DNA of 64,000 nucleotides from an uncultured Spirochaetales bacterium (GTDB taxonomy: Bacteria > Spirochaetota > GWE2-31-10 > CAYYKD01): the NCBI GenBank assembly GCA_964608985.1, contig CAZSQU010000001.1:89851-153850 (forward strand). The letters are read 5' to 3'. The position numbers were made by a program, and so were the translations under genes. This document shows positions 1 through 9,604 of the stretch, one piece after another; within the stretch, counting starts at the first letter, position 1, and every line of letters begins with the position of its first letter. The notes below the pieces were generated by a model. The model was not told the origin of the DNA, did not search any database, and saw nothing but the letters and a program-made list of their open reading frames with translations.

Positions 1-1632
1 AAAAGAGGGGTTGTTTTGCCGATGCTTTGTATTGGTTTATCACTTCTTTGGACAATGGGTCTTATGTGTTGGTTCAGATATAAATTAAACATATTAACAA
101 TGATTCTTCCGCCGATAATTATGACCATAAGCAGTTCCTATACACTCCATTATCTACAATCATATTATTATAATTCAAATAATTTTACTGATCCACGGGC
201 ATTAGTTATTAAATCATCAAAGGATATCTGGTCAACAATCTGGATGGCATCATTAACAACAATATTTGGATTTGCATCTTTCATAACTGCTGCGATTTTA
301 CCTGTAAAGTTCTTTGGCGTTTTTGTAATAATTAGTATTGTATTAACAGTGTTTTTTACATTCTTTCTTCTCGGGAGAATCCTATCAGTAATCCCTGTTT
401 CATGTAACATTAAAGTAGAAAAAATTAAAAATGATATTTTTTCGAAAGTTCTCATGAGGGTAGAGAAAATCGTTATTCCTTACAGGTATATATTTATATC
501 AATATTTTTTCTATCAATCATTCTTATGGTATATTTTTTTCCTAATATCAAGATTAACACAGACGCAACAAAATTATTTAAAAAAGGTGGATCAGTAAGA
601 AATAATATTGTTTTTCTTCAAAAAAATTTTCATGGTTCTACTCATTATAATATAACCTTACGACATAAAAGCAATCAGAGAAACTATTTTAGAACAGTAG
701 AAGGACTAAAAGCAGCAGAAAAAATTCAGGATTATTTTGATAAAAATGTTCAAATAGATGGCCATACAATGATAGGTTGGAATATTTCTGCCGTTACTTT
801 AATTCAAGATCTAAATTTCATTATGAATGGTGTCCGTAGGGTCCCTGACGATGAAAGAACAATCAGAAGGTTTTTTAATCTCGTATCAAGAGATGAGGCA
901 ATAAAATCATTAATTAATAACGACTTCTCTGCAATTAATTTTCAAGTCAGAGGGCACACGAGTAACCCCGATGATGATTTTGTTATGACAGAAAGAGAAT
1001 CAAATCTACTTGTCGAAAAAATGAACAAAGAAATCACTGATATTCTTCAAAAAGAAAACAGCGAGTTCTATATTGAAATTTGGGGCGAGGTACTGCTGTT
1101 AACCAATATCTCAAAATATTTGGTACGCGATCAAAAAATGAATCTGATAATTTCTACCTTACTGGTTTTTATTATTATTCTGATAGTATTCCGATCCTTT
1201 TATTTTGCGATTATTGGTATAATTCCAATGATTTTTGGGGTAGTTATGAATTTTTTGATTATGGCAATTTTTAACATCCCACTTGATGCGGCAACAGTGT
1301 TAATATCTGCAATTGCAATAGGTATAGGAATAGATGACTCAATACATTTTATATTAAATTACCGTAAAATTCTATTTATTAATAATGATGTTAAAGAATC
1401 AATAATAAAAACACTTGAACATACAGCAAGACCTATACTTTTTACTTCTTTAGCTTTAATCGTTGGTTTTATGGTATTCTTATTATCATCATTTAGACCA
1501 ATATATAACTTTGGTCTATTGATTGCTGTTGCTATGGTTAATTGTACATTTGCAACATTATTCATATTACCTGCGATGTTTTATGTTACAGATAAACTTA
1601 GGATTAGCGGCAAACGGAGAAAGAAGTCATGA
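1..1632 (+). CDS. RND-superfamily (MMPL-like) membrane exporter, 5'-partial; the reading frame is open to base 1 of the window
   Basis: Two clusters of transmembrane helices separated by a soluble loop. 'AIAIGIGIDDSIHF' is the conserved RND/MMPL motif. The frame is open from position 1. The stop codon overlaps the parA start (ATGA). Confidence 0.7.
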   Translation, partial: KRGVVLPMLCIGLSLLWTMGLMCWFRYKLNILTMILPPIIMTISSSYTLHYLQSYYYNSNNFTDPRALVIKSSKDIWSTIWMASLTTIFGFASFITAAILPVKFFGVFVIISIVLTVFFTFFLLGRILSVIPVSCNIKVEKIKNDIFSKVLMRVEKIVIPYRYIFISIFFLSIILMVYFFPNIKINTDATKLFKKGGSVRNNIVFLQKNFHGSTHYNITLRHKSNQRNYFRTVEGLKAAEKIQDYFDKNVQIDGHTMIGWNISAVTLIQDLNFIMNGVRRVPDDERTIRRFFNLVSRDEAIKSLINNDFSAINFQVRGHTSNPDDDFVMTERESNLLVEKMNKEITDILQKENSEFYIEIWGEVLLLTNISKYLVRDQKMNLIISTLLVFIIILIVFRSFYFAIIGIIPMIFGVVMNFLIMAIFNIPLDAATVLISAIAIGIGIDDSIHFILNYRKILFINNDVKESIIKTLEHTARPILFTSLALIVGFMVFLLSSFRPIYNFGLLIAVAMVNCTFATLFILPAMFYVTDKLRISGKRRKKS

Positions 1633-2390
1633 GAAATCAGATTATTGTTATTGTAAATCAAAAAGGCGGTGTAGGTAAAACTACAACAGCTATAAATCTT
1701 TCCTCAGCTATTGCTGATATGGGGAAGAAAATTCTTGTTGTTGATTTTGACCCTCAAGGGAATTGCAGTTCCGGATTTGGAGTAAAATCCAATGGATCAA
1801 CAATCTATGAAGCCATGATGGGAAAAAAAACAATTGATGAATGTATATTTCCAACAAAAGTTGAGAATTGTTTTGTTGTACCGGCAGATGTCAATCTAAC
1901 AGGTGCATCTATAGAATTAGTTGATATTGAAGGCAGAGACTATTTCTTAAAAAATGTATTAGAACCATTGAAAAGTAAATACGATTATATATTTATTGAT
2001 TGTCCTCCTTCTTTGGGAATTTTAACGATTAACGGTCTTGCAGCATCAGATTCTGTATTAATACCTATACAGACAGAATTCTTTGCTCTTGAAGGATTGA
2101 GTCAACTTATCAATACTATAAATTTAGTCAAAAAAGGCATTAATAAGAATCTTAAGATTGAAGGTGTATTATTAACAATGCTTGATAAAAGAACTCATTT
2201 AACTGAAGATGTTACCAACAATGTAATCAGTTATTTTGGGAAGAGTGTATATAAAACAATGATACCAAGAAATGTAAGATTAGCAGAAGCACCATCATTT
2301 GGTATTCCTGTTACTATGCATGATAATAGTTGTGTAGGAGCTAAAGCGTATCTTCAACTTGCAGAGGAGTTTATTAATGGTAAAGAATAA
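1629..2390 (+). CDS. parA: Chromosome-partitioning ATPase ParA/Soj
   Basis: Deviant Walker A 'NQKGGVGKTTTAINL'. 253 aa, typical Soj size. Directly followed by parB. Confidence 0.9.
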   Translation: MRNQIIVIVNQKGGVGKTTTAINLSSAIADMGKKILVVDFDPQGNCSSGFGVKSNGSTIYEAMMGKKTIDECIFPTKVENCFVVPADVNLTGASIELVDIEGRDYFLKNVLEPLKSKYDYIFIDCPPSLGILTINGLAASDSVLIPIQTEFFALEGLSQLINTINLVKKGINKNLKIEGVLLTMLDKRTHLTEDVTNNVISYFGKSVYKTMIPRNVRLAEAPSFGIPVTMHDNSCVGAKAYLQLAEEFINGKE

Positions 2391-3249
2391 GGGTTTAGGC
2401 AAAGGCTTGAATGCCCTTATGCAATTAAATATCCATGATGAAGATCAAGAGACACATAAAGATGAGGTGGTAGCAGGTTTTCTTGAAATGGATATATCCT
2501 TAATTAAGGCAAATCCAAGTCAACCAAGAAAATTATTTGATCAAACTGCAATAGAGAGTTTAGCACAATCAATAAAAACATATGGATTAATACAGCCTAT
2601 AACAGTATCTAAAAAAGGTGATTTTTTTGAAATAATTGCCGGTGAACGAAGGTTTAGAGCATCTCAGATTGCAGGAATAAATAAAGTTCCTGTAATTATC
2701 AAAGATATATCTCATAGAGAAAAATTAGAAATATCGCTTGTAGAAAATATTCAAAGAGAAAATTTAAATACTATTGAAGAAGCACTTGCATATCAGAGTT
2801 TGATAGAAACATATAATTTGACTCAGGATCAACTTTCTGATAGAATTGGAAAAAGCAGGTCTGCAATAACTAATACATTAAGACTATTGAGTCTTGAAAT
2901 AAAAATTCAAAAATATATAATAGATGGTGCAGTAACGCCGGGTCATGCCAGAGCAATTTTATCATTGGAAGACAAATCAGAACAAATTAACTTCTGTGAT
3001 TATATTATTAAAAACGAGTTATCAGTTAGGGAATCTGAGAAAGCTGCCAAGAATTGGAAAGCTGAAAAAAGAAACTTAAAACAACAATCTGTTGTTAAAT
3101 TTCCAATAGAACTAAAAAATGCACAGCAAAAAATTGAAGAAAAATTCCAAACAAAAGTAACAATAACCGGTAACGAGAATAAAGGTAAGATACAAATCGA
3201 ATATTTTACTATAGAGGATTTAGAAAGAATATTAGAAATATTAGACTAA
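2377..3249 (+). CDS. parB: Chromosome-partitioning protein ParB/Spo0J
   Basis: 'GERRFRAS' ParB box and an HTH region. The likely start is the ATG at 2377 (MVKNKGLGKGL), with a GAGGAG ribosome-binding site 7 nt upstream. The track ORF begins at 2359. Confidence 0.9.
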   Translation: MVKNKGLGKGLNALMQLNIHDEDQETHKDEVVAGFLEMDISLIKANPSQPRKLFDQTAIESLAQSIKTYGLIQPITVSKKGDFFEIIAGERRFRASQIAGINKVPVIIKDISHREKLEISLVENIQRENLNTIEEALAYQSLIETYNLTQDQLSDRIGKSRSAITNTLRLLSLEIKIQKYIIDGAVTPGHARAILSLEDKSEQINFCDYIIKNELSVRESEKAAKNWKAEKRNLKQQSVVKFPIELKNAQQKIEEKFQTKVTITGNENKGKIQIEYFTIEDLERILEILD

Positions 3250-3254
3250 AAAAA

Positions 3255-3284
3255 GGGCTGTCTTTTTTAGACAGCTCATTTTTT
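3255..3284. terminator. Bidirectional intrinsic terminator between parB (+) and the acidic-protein gene (-)
   Basis: Stem GCTGTCT (3257-3263) and AGACAGC (3269-3275) with a TTTTT loop. Flanked by A7 (3248-3254) and T6 (3279-3284). Confidence 0.7.
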
Positions 3285-3699
3285 AGTCATAATCATCATA
3301 ATCCGGTTCATAGTCTTCTTCTTCATAGTCTTCGTCATCATCATCGTCAAAACTATCCTCTTCCTCTTCTTCTTCTTCTTCCTCAATATCTCCATCTTCT
3401 TCATCAAAATCTTCTTCATAAATATCATCTTCGAAATCATCATCAATAAAATCGTCGTCAACCTCTTCGTCGAAGTCGTCGTCGTCAAACTCCTCATCAT
3501 CGTCGAAGTCGTCGTCGTCAAACTCCTCATCATCCTCATCGAAGTCGTCGTCGTCAAACTCCTCGTCCTCATCGAAATCGTCGTCGTCAAACTCCTCATC
3601 ATCCTCATCATCATTCTTCAATAAAAAATTTCTGTCTTGCGAATTGGCATAATTTGATCTTGCCATAATCTCATATTCTACATTATCATTATATCTCAT
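3283..3699 (-). CDS. Extremely acidic low-complexity protein (about 70% D/E with periodic F) built from tandem repeats
   Basis: 138-aa ORF with an N-terminal 30-aa non-repetitive segment, then (E)EFDDDDFD(E)(D) repeats, an E9 run, and a D/E/Y tail. Encoded by four in-frame 30-nt tandem repeats. Confidence 0.55.
   Translation of the reverse strand: MRYNDNVEYEIMARSNYANSQDRNFLLKNDDEDDEEFDDDDFDEDEEFDDDDFDEDDEEFDDDDFDDDEEFDDDDFDEEVDDDFIDDDFEDDIYEEDFDEEDGDIEEEEEEEEEDSFDDDDDEDYEEEDYEPDYDDYD
3472..3603. repeat. Four copies of a 30-nt tandem repeat (GAAGTCGTCGTCGTCAAACTCCTCATCATC) with 3/6/3-nt spacers, in frame within the acidic-protein CDS
   Basis: Copies at 3472-3501, 3505-3534, 3541-3570 (variant) and 3574-3603. 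Periods are 33, 36 and 33 nt. Confidence 0.9.
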
Positions 3700-3808
3700 T
3701 AATATTTACCCCCTGCATAATTCCGACAATATTATAAAAATAATCTTGTGTCAAGTTTTAAATATTTTTTTTTTATATTTAATTATTTTATTTCGATAAT
3801 ACAATTAA

Positions 3809-4591
3809 ATGAATTTAAAACAGAATTTAACAAATTATATATACTCAAATAATAGATTTAATTATATTATTAACTATCTTCAATATAATAAAATAGATTA
3901 TAAAATAGACCAATACAGCTCATTAAAGAATATTATTATTGAGTTTAATGAAGGTTTTTATAAAAAAAAGCCACTTGTTTTAATGGCTCATTATGATATT
4001 TTAAACATTGAATCTCACTCTGCAAACGATAATAGTTCTTCTGTAATTGTATTATTGGAATTAGCTAGGAGCTTGAATAATAATAAATGCAAAAATAATA
4101 TTGTTATTCTCTTGAATGATAATGAAGAAAAAATTGGTATATTTTATAATAAAGATATCAATATTGATATTAAGAATCGTTTTGTAAATGAAATCGGATC
4201 ATTATTCTTTATTAACAAATATAAGTCCTTATATGACGAATTTATCATTCTAGAATTATGTGGCAGAGGGGATTCCCTTTACATATCAGATAAATCAGGG
4301 CAGTTTGAATCAGATAAAGATTTATTAAATTTATTAAATAATATTGCAAAAACAAATAATTTTCCATTTATAAATATAACGGTAGGAATTTCAGATCTTT
4401 TTTCTGTTGCTTCTTTTAATAAAAAAGGTTGTGTAATCGGTACAGTTAACGGAGATTATAAAGCCGCCGAAAATCCGTTAATTTGGAATAATATACATAC
4501 TGCAGAGGATAGTATCGATAAAATTGAAGAAAATTCATTAAAACTTGTTTATAATTTTCTATTAAAAATTACTAATACAAGATTTAATTAA
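3809..4591 (+). CDS. M28-family metallopeptidase-like protein (short, no signal peptide)
   Basis: Shows the M28 motif order from memory: 'AHYD', 'ANDNSSSVIVLLELAR' (resembling GADDNASG...LLE.AR), 'NDNEE' and 'IHTAEDSIDKI'. Confidence 0.45.
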   Translation: MNLKQNLTNYIYSNNRFNYIINYLQYNKIDYKIDQYSSLKNIIIEFNEGFYKKKPLVLMAHYDILNIESHSANDNSSSVIVLLELARSLNNNKCKNNIVILLNDNEEKIGIFYNKDINIDIKNRFVNEIGSLFFINKYKSLYDEFIILELCGRGDSLYISDKSGQFESDKDLLNLLNNIAKTNNFPFINITVGISDLFSVASFNKKGCVIGTVNGDYKAAENPLIWNNIHTAEDSIDKIEENSLKLVYNFLLKITNTRFN

Positions 4592-4828
4592 CAAAATAAA
4601 GTTTAATTTTTGATATTAAAAAAATATTTTGTTGTAAACATTTAATAAAATGTATATAATGGTAAGTAACTATTATGTCGATTATTTTATTGATATTTTA
4701 TTTTTAAGCAAAAAGTTCATATTATTTAAAGTTTTTACTAATGTAAAAAAAAAATTAGTTTTTGCTTAGTTAACTATAAATATGCTAAGAAATTATACTT
4801 AGCTGATTTATAAAAAACGAGGTGCCAT

Positions 4829-6043
4829 TTGGGATCAGATTTACAATTAAATGTAGTAACATTTAAGAAAGATGCATATGTAATTGTAGAAGGCAAGAAT
4901 TCAAATAACCTTTTTTTCATAATTAAAGCAGGGCAGGTATGTCTTGTGAAAGAAGGTAGTAATAATCGAGAGATGCTAAATCCCGGAGATTTCTTTGGGG
5001 TTATTGCTGCTATGTCGAATCATAACCACCTTGAGAGTGCAATTGCATTGACAGATATTATGTTAATTGTTGTACATAAGGACCAGTTTCCATTATTAAT
5101 TCAAAAAAACAACCCCATAGCTATGAAAATAATCTTATCGTTCTCAAGAAGGCTTAGGGAGTTAGATACCTCCATGGCAGAGATTTCATTAAAATCAATT
5201 TCTACAGAGAATGTAGTGAACCTCTTTCATATAGGTGAGTTCTACCTAAAAAAGAACAGATACAACTTAGCTTTTTATGCATTTTTTAGATTTTTACAAT
5301 ATTGTCCTGATAATGAAGAATATGATCTTGCAAAGCAGATACTTGAGAAAATTAAACCATATTCAAAGGTACTATATCTTGACCCGGGAAAAGATGATTT
5401 TAAAAGAAACTATACAGATAATACTATGGTATGTTGTGAACACGAACCAGGGCATGAATTGTATATTATACAAGGCGGTCAGGTTAAAATTACAAAAGTA
5501 ATGGATAATAAAGAAGTTTTATTAGCTGTACTAAAAGAAGGTGATATATTTGGCGAAATGGCTCTGTTAGAAAATAAACCACGATCTGCAACCGCAATAG
5601 CATACGGTTCCGCACAAATTATGGCAGTTAATAAAGAGAATTTCAAGAATATGATTTCAAGTCAACCTCAACTGGTTACAAGATTAATTTGTCTTCTTGC
5701 TGAAAGAACATGGGTTGTTTATAGACAACTGGAAAATCTAAAAATTACAAATAAAGTCGGTAGAACTTATGATACACTCCTTATTCATCTCGAGAAAAAC
5801 AAAATTCAGATAAAACCCCATGGTACTTATTCATTCGATTTTGGACCAAATGAGCTGATTAATATGGTAGGTATGCAGCACGATGAAGGTATGATTATGA
5901 TAAAAGAAGTATTTAATAATAAAAAAGTTCAAATTATTGATGATAGGATTTATTGTAGTGATATTGAAGAGATCAAGAAACAGGTTGATTATTATAAAAA
6001 AATGGAAATTCTTGACAAGAAACGAAAAGCATCTTCTACCTGA
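4829..6043 (+). CDS. Protein with two cyclic-nucleotide-binding (CAP_ED) domains and no DNA-binding domain
   Basis: Two cNMP-binding cores, 'GDFFGVIAAM' and 'GDIFGEMALLENKPRSATAIA'. No HTH follows. TTG start with a GAGGTG ribosome-binding site 6 nt upstream. Confidence 0.75.
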   Translation: MGSDLQLNVVTFKKDAYVIVEGKNSNNLFFIIKAGQVCLVKEGSNNREMLNPGDFFGVIAAMSNHNHLESAIALTDIMLIVVHKDQFPLLIQKNNPIAMKIILSFSRRLRELDTSMAEISLKSISTENVVNLFHIGEFYLKKNRYNLAFYAFFRFLQYCPDNEEYDLAKQILEKIKPYSKVLYLDPGKDDFKRNYTDNTMVCCEHEPGHELYIIQGGQVKITKVMDNKEVLLAVLKEGDIFGEMALLENKPRSATAIAYGSAQIMAVNKENFKNMISSQPQLVTRLICLLAERTWVVYRQLENLKITNKVGRTYDTLLIHLEKNKIQIKPHGTYSFDFGPNELINMVGMQHDEGMIMIKEVFNNKKVQIIDDRIYCSDIEEIKKQVDYYKKMEILDKKRKASST

Positions 6044-6169
6044 TAATTATATAGATAGAATATCTTGACAAATAATCTTAATTAGTTTAATTATCTAATA
6101 AATTGTTTATTATTAACAGAATAATGAAATATTGATTTAACAGAATCAAATATTTTTACGGGGTTTTAT

Positions 6170-6520
6170 ATGCCAAGAGATGATTTTAGTAAAATAGATG
6201 AAGAATATTTTAATACTCTTCTTGATGAGGATTTTATATTTGAAGGCACAATTAAGCATGATGAATCCTTAGTAATTAAAGGATCAGTAAAAGGAAAAAT
6301 TGAGTCAAAGGGTGATTTAGTTATTGGGCCAGATGCTGTAATTAATGCAGATATTTCTTCAAGAAATTTACAGTGTTTTGGAATAGTAAATGGAGATATC
6401 ACAGTTACAACGGAAGCATTTTTGCATTCAAGTTCTAAAGTAAACGGCAATGTATCAGCTCCAATCATTAGCATAGAAAAAGGTTGTAAATTTAACGGCT
6501 CTATAAGTATGAATACTTAA
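6170..6520 (+). CDS. Bactofilin (DUF583) family cytoskeletal protein
   Basis: 116 aa with the repetitive beta-helix pattern 'KGSVKGKIESKGDLVIGPDAVINADISS...GIVNGDITV...VNGNVSAPIISIEKGCKFNGSISM'. Confidence 0.6.
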   Translation: MPRDDFSKIDEEYFNTLLDEDFIFEGTIKHDESLVIKGSVKGKIESKGDLVIGPDAVINADISSRNLQCFGIVNGDITVTTEAFLHSSSKVNGNVSAPIISIEKGCKFNGSISMNT

Positions 6521-6538
6521 TATTCCAGAGGAATAATT

Positions 6539-7207
6539 ATGAATAAATATATTTTTTTAATTTGTTTTTTTATATCATCAGTTTTTGCGGTCTATACACT
6601 AAATGACAATACAGGTGACCATTCTCAAAACCAAACAGCCCAACAAAATAGGCAAATGAATGGCTATGATTACTATATACGGGGTGATTATAACAGATCA
6701 GTACAAGCTCTTTTGCAGGAAAAACAACAGTTCCCTGATAGACCAAATATTTATGTAATACTCGCTTGGGATTATAGGGAATTAAAGAAATATAATGATA
6801 TGGAAAATATATCTATCGAAGGATTAAAAATTGCTCCTTCAGATATTCGTATAGTTAGAAATCTTGCTGAAGCATATTTTTATCAGAATAAATTTCAATT
6901 AGCGCTCGATAAATTTTCAAATTACATTCAAATTAGAAGTATTCAAAATGACAACTATAATTCAAGTTTATATTACTACATGGGTGTATGTCACTATGAG
7001 CTTGGTAATTATAACAGAGCAGATATTGCATTATCAACATCATTATATTATCAAAGAGGGCATTATCCATCATTAATCTCTATTGCAATGACTAAAGAAA
7101 AACTTAATGAGATAGAAAGTTCTTTACAATACTACAATTTAGCTTTAACTGCAAGACCGGGTGACAGAACAGCATTAGAATCAATCAACCGACTTAAAAA
7201 CATGTAG
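6539..7207 (+). CDS. Secreted TPR-repeat protein
   Basis: N-terminal signal-like hydrophobic segment. Several TPR-like units ('AEAYFYQNKFQLALDKF', 'YYMGVCHYELGNYNRA'). Confidence 0.55.
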   Translation: MNKYIFLICFFISSVFAVYTLNDNTGDHSQNQTAQQNRQMNGYDYYIRGDYNRSVQALLQEKQQFPDRPNIYVILAWDYRELKKYNDMENISIEGLKIAPSDIRIVRNLAEAYFYQNKFQLALDKFSNYIQIRSIQNDNYNSSLYYYMGVCHYELGNYNRADIALSTSLYYQRGHYPSLISIAMTKEKLNEIESSLQYYNLALTARPGDRTALESINRLKNM

Positions 7208-7213
7208 TTCTCA

Positions 7214-8497
7214 ATGTATATCTATATATATACTTTAGGATGCCGCTTAAATCTTTATGAATCAGAAGCAATAACAGATCAATTAATAAAAAATGGTTAT
7301 ACTATAACAGAATTTCCCGATCAAGCTGATATAATAATTATTAATAGTTGTACTGTAACATCAAAAGCAGATTCAAAATCAAAATATGCAATTAGAAAAC
7401 TGAAAAAGATGTCAAATAATGGATTTGTTGTTTTAACAGGTTGTATGGTTGATACAGATTTAAATGATATTATTAATACAATTCCTGAAGTTGATCTTTT
7501 TGTTAAAAATAAAGATAAAGACAGTATAATTGATATTATTACAAATATATCTGTGTGGAATAAAAAAAAAATATTTACAAGAACAGATGATCAAGATGGT
7601 TCTTTTAATTTTGATATCTTAGATCAGACAAAACACGCAAGAGCAATACTTAAAATACAAGACGGCTGTGATAATTACTGTTCATATTGTAAAATACCAT
7701 TTGCAAGAGGAAATCCAAGAAGTAAAACAATCGAATCAATCTATTCAGATATTAATAAACTAAAAATTAATGGTTTTAACGAGATAGTTTTATCAGGTAT
7801 AAATATCCTAAAATATGATTACAAAGGATTAAAGATAGGTGAATTAATTAAATCTTTAACAAGGGATTTTTCTGAACTAAGATTTAGATTAAGTTCAATA
7901 GAACCGCAATCCGTTGATGATAGTTTTTTAGAAGCTATTAGTAATAAATCAATTTGTCCTCATTTCCATTTAAGTCTTCAAAATGGTTCAGATACCATTC
8001 TTCTTAAGATGAATAGAAATTATACTACTGAAAGATATTTTGATATTGTTAATACTATCAGATCATTAAAAGATAATCCATTCATATCAACTGATGTAAT
8101 AATCGGTTTCCCCGGAGAAACTGATCAAGATTTTAATAAAACTGTTAATTTTATCGAAAGAATTGGATTTGCTGATACCCATGTTTTTCCATATTCTATT
8201 AGAAAAGAAACTAAAGCAGCTTTGCTACCTTTTCACGTTGCCACCCGACAAATCAATGAAAGGGTTAAAATTTTAAAAAATATCGTTAATAAACTCAATA
8301 AAATATATATTGAAAGTACAATAAATAAAACTTATTGTTTTATTGTTGAAACTGCCCTTAAAGATAGAATTGAAGGGAGAAGTGAAAATTTCATTAAAGC
8401 AGAGTTTATAACAAATCAAATTATTCATAGAAAATCAGTATTTAAAGGGAAGATATCGAAATATAAAGACAATATTATTTACGGGGAGATTATATAA
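7214..8497 (+). CDS. Radical-SAM methylthiotransferase, MtaB/RimO-like paralog
   Basis: N-terminal MTTase Cys triad (CRLN...NSCTV...GCM). Radical-SAM 'GCDNYCSYCKIPFARG'. C-terminal TRAM-like region. Differs from the MiaB paralog at 10375. Confidence 0.75.
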   Translation: MYIYIYTLGCRLNLYESEAITDQLIKNGYTITEFPDQADIIIINSCTVTSKADSKSKYAIRKLKKMSNNGFVVLTGCMVDTDLNDIINTIPEVDLFVKNKDKDSIIDIITNISVWNKKKIFTRTDDQDGSFNFDILDQTKHARAILKIQDGCDNYCSYCKIPFARGNPRSKTIESIYSDINKLKINGFNEIVLSGINILKYDYKGLKIGELIKSLTRDFSELRFRLSSIEPQSVDDSFLEAISNKSICPHFHLSLQNGSDTILLKMNRNYTTERYFDIVNTIRSLKDNPFISTDVIIGFPGETDQDFNKTVNFIERIGFADTHVFPYSIRKETKAALLPFHVATRQINERVKILKNIVNKLNKIYIESTINKTYCFIVETALKDRIEGRSENFIKAEFITNQIIHRKSVFKGKISKYKDNIIYGEII

Positions 8498-8520
8498 AAA
8501 GGCTGTCTTTTGACAGCCTT

Positions 8521-8521
<1 letters not shown>
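8498..8521. terminator. Hairpin terminator shared by the 3' end of the mtaB-like gene (+) and the tRNA gene (-)
   Basis: Stem GGCTGTC (8501-8507) and GACAGCC (8512-8518) with a TTTT loop. A5 upstream, which becomes a U-run on the minus strand directly after the tRNA 3' end. Confidence 0.6.
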
Positions 8522-8594
<73 letters not shown>

Positions 8595-8610
8595 TTTTAA
8601 TAGATCGCTT

Positions 8611-8637
8611 TTTATAATATTTTTTCTTATTTGTCAA
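8611..8637 (-). promoter_or_regulatory. Candidate sigma70-type promoter for the tRNA gene
   Basis: On the minus strand, TTGACA (complement of 8632-8637), a 15-nt spacer, and TATAAA (complement of 8611-8616). The -10 element lies about 17 nt upstream of the tRNA 5' end. Confidence 0.4.
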
Positions 8638-8692
8638 TATTTTTTAATTTTTAATTTATCAGTGTTAAATATATTAAATTATGAATATTAAC

Positions 8693-9124
8693 TTATTCTG
8701 TATCAATCCCGTTAAGCAAAAGTGAATATTCTTGCTCGTCTATATACTCTTCTTTTTTTAGTAAAACCTTTCTCTCATTTAGATTCTTTAATGAAATTAG
8801 AATATTATCAATTATTTCTTTTTTCTTATTTATATCAACTATATCTAAATTATATTTTAAGTATATTCTTTCTGTATTAATTATTTTCTCCAATAGTTTA
8901 GAATAACTTTTTATACACGAAAATATGGCTTTTAAATTAGTATCTGATGAAAACTTTCTGCTGAATGATTTATCAAAGTAGTAATCAGTCAAGATAGACT
9001 GATAGAATTTTATATCAGAATTTAGTTTATCACCAAATACTTTTTCATCAACATCAGATTCAATTAATTCATTAGTTGTTAAAAGAAATTTATTTAGTAT
9101 GGCGATATTTGAAAGAATTTTCAT
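8693..9124 (-). CDS. Hypothetical protein
   Basis: 143-aa ORF with no recognisable motifs. Confidence 0.4.
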   Translation of the reverse strand: MKILSNIAILNKFLLTTNELIESDVDEKVFGDKLNSDIKFYQSILTDYYFDKSFSRKFSSDTNLKAIFSCIKSYSKLLEKIINTERIYLKYNLDIVDINKKKEIIDNILISLKNLNERKVLLKKEEYIDEQEYSLLLNGIDTE

Positions 9125-9250
9125 ATTTAACTCATTTGTTTATAAAGTATTATACTATATATCGGTTTAATTTGCTTATTGTTTATTATATGCAATCAAT
9201 ATTTTAATATTTTCGTTTATTATTATCAACTATAAAAAATGGAATAAAAT

Positions 9251-9604
9251 ATGAATAACCGTGTTAAGGGAAAGTTAGGTGAATTGATTGCAGCGAATTT
9301 TTTGAGTAAAAAAGGGATAAAAATAATTGAAAGAAATTATTTAAACAAATTAGGTGAAATTGATCTAATAGGAATTGAAAATGAGACGATAATCTTTATT
9401 GAGGTTAAGCTAAGATATTCAAATAGATACGGGAAACCTTTTGAAGCAGTAGATAAAAAAAAGTTAGATCGTATTAGAAACTGTGGACTATTTTACATTC
9501 TTAATCTTAAAAAAAAAAATATAAAAATAAGAATTGATGTTGTTTCAATTGAGTTCTATTTAAATGATTTATACAGAATTGAATGGATAAAAAATTATTA
9601 TTAG
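9251..9604 (+). CDS. YraN/UPF0102-family predicted endonuclease (PD-(D/E)xK-like)
   Basis: 'KGKLGELIAANFLSKKGIKII...GEIDLIGIE...IIFIEVKLRYS...GKPFEAV' matches the UPF0102 pattern. 117 aa. Confidence 0.65.
   Translation: MNNRVKGKLGELIAANFLSKKGIKIIERNYLNKLGEIDLIGIENETIIFIEVKLRYSNRYGKPFEAVDKKKLDRIRNCGLFYILNLKKKNIKIRIDVVSIEFYLNDLYRIEWIKNYY

Noticed and set aside
3276-3614. 112-aa ORF (MMMRMMRSLTTT…) on the minus strand over the tandem-repeat region
   Set aside because: It is an alternative frame of the same 30-nt repeats, which give Met/Arg/Thr-rich nonsense. The D/E/F frame is longer and has a proper start context and terminator, so this one is a shadow ORF.
4592-4828. 10-bp palindrome TAGTTAACTA (4767-4776) upstream of the tandem-CAP_ED gene as a possible operator
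   Set aside because: Short AT-rich palindromes are expected by chance at this base composition. The downstream protein has no DNA-binding domain to suggest autoregulation.
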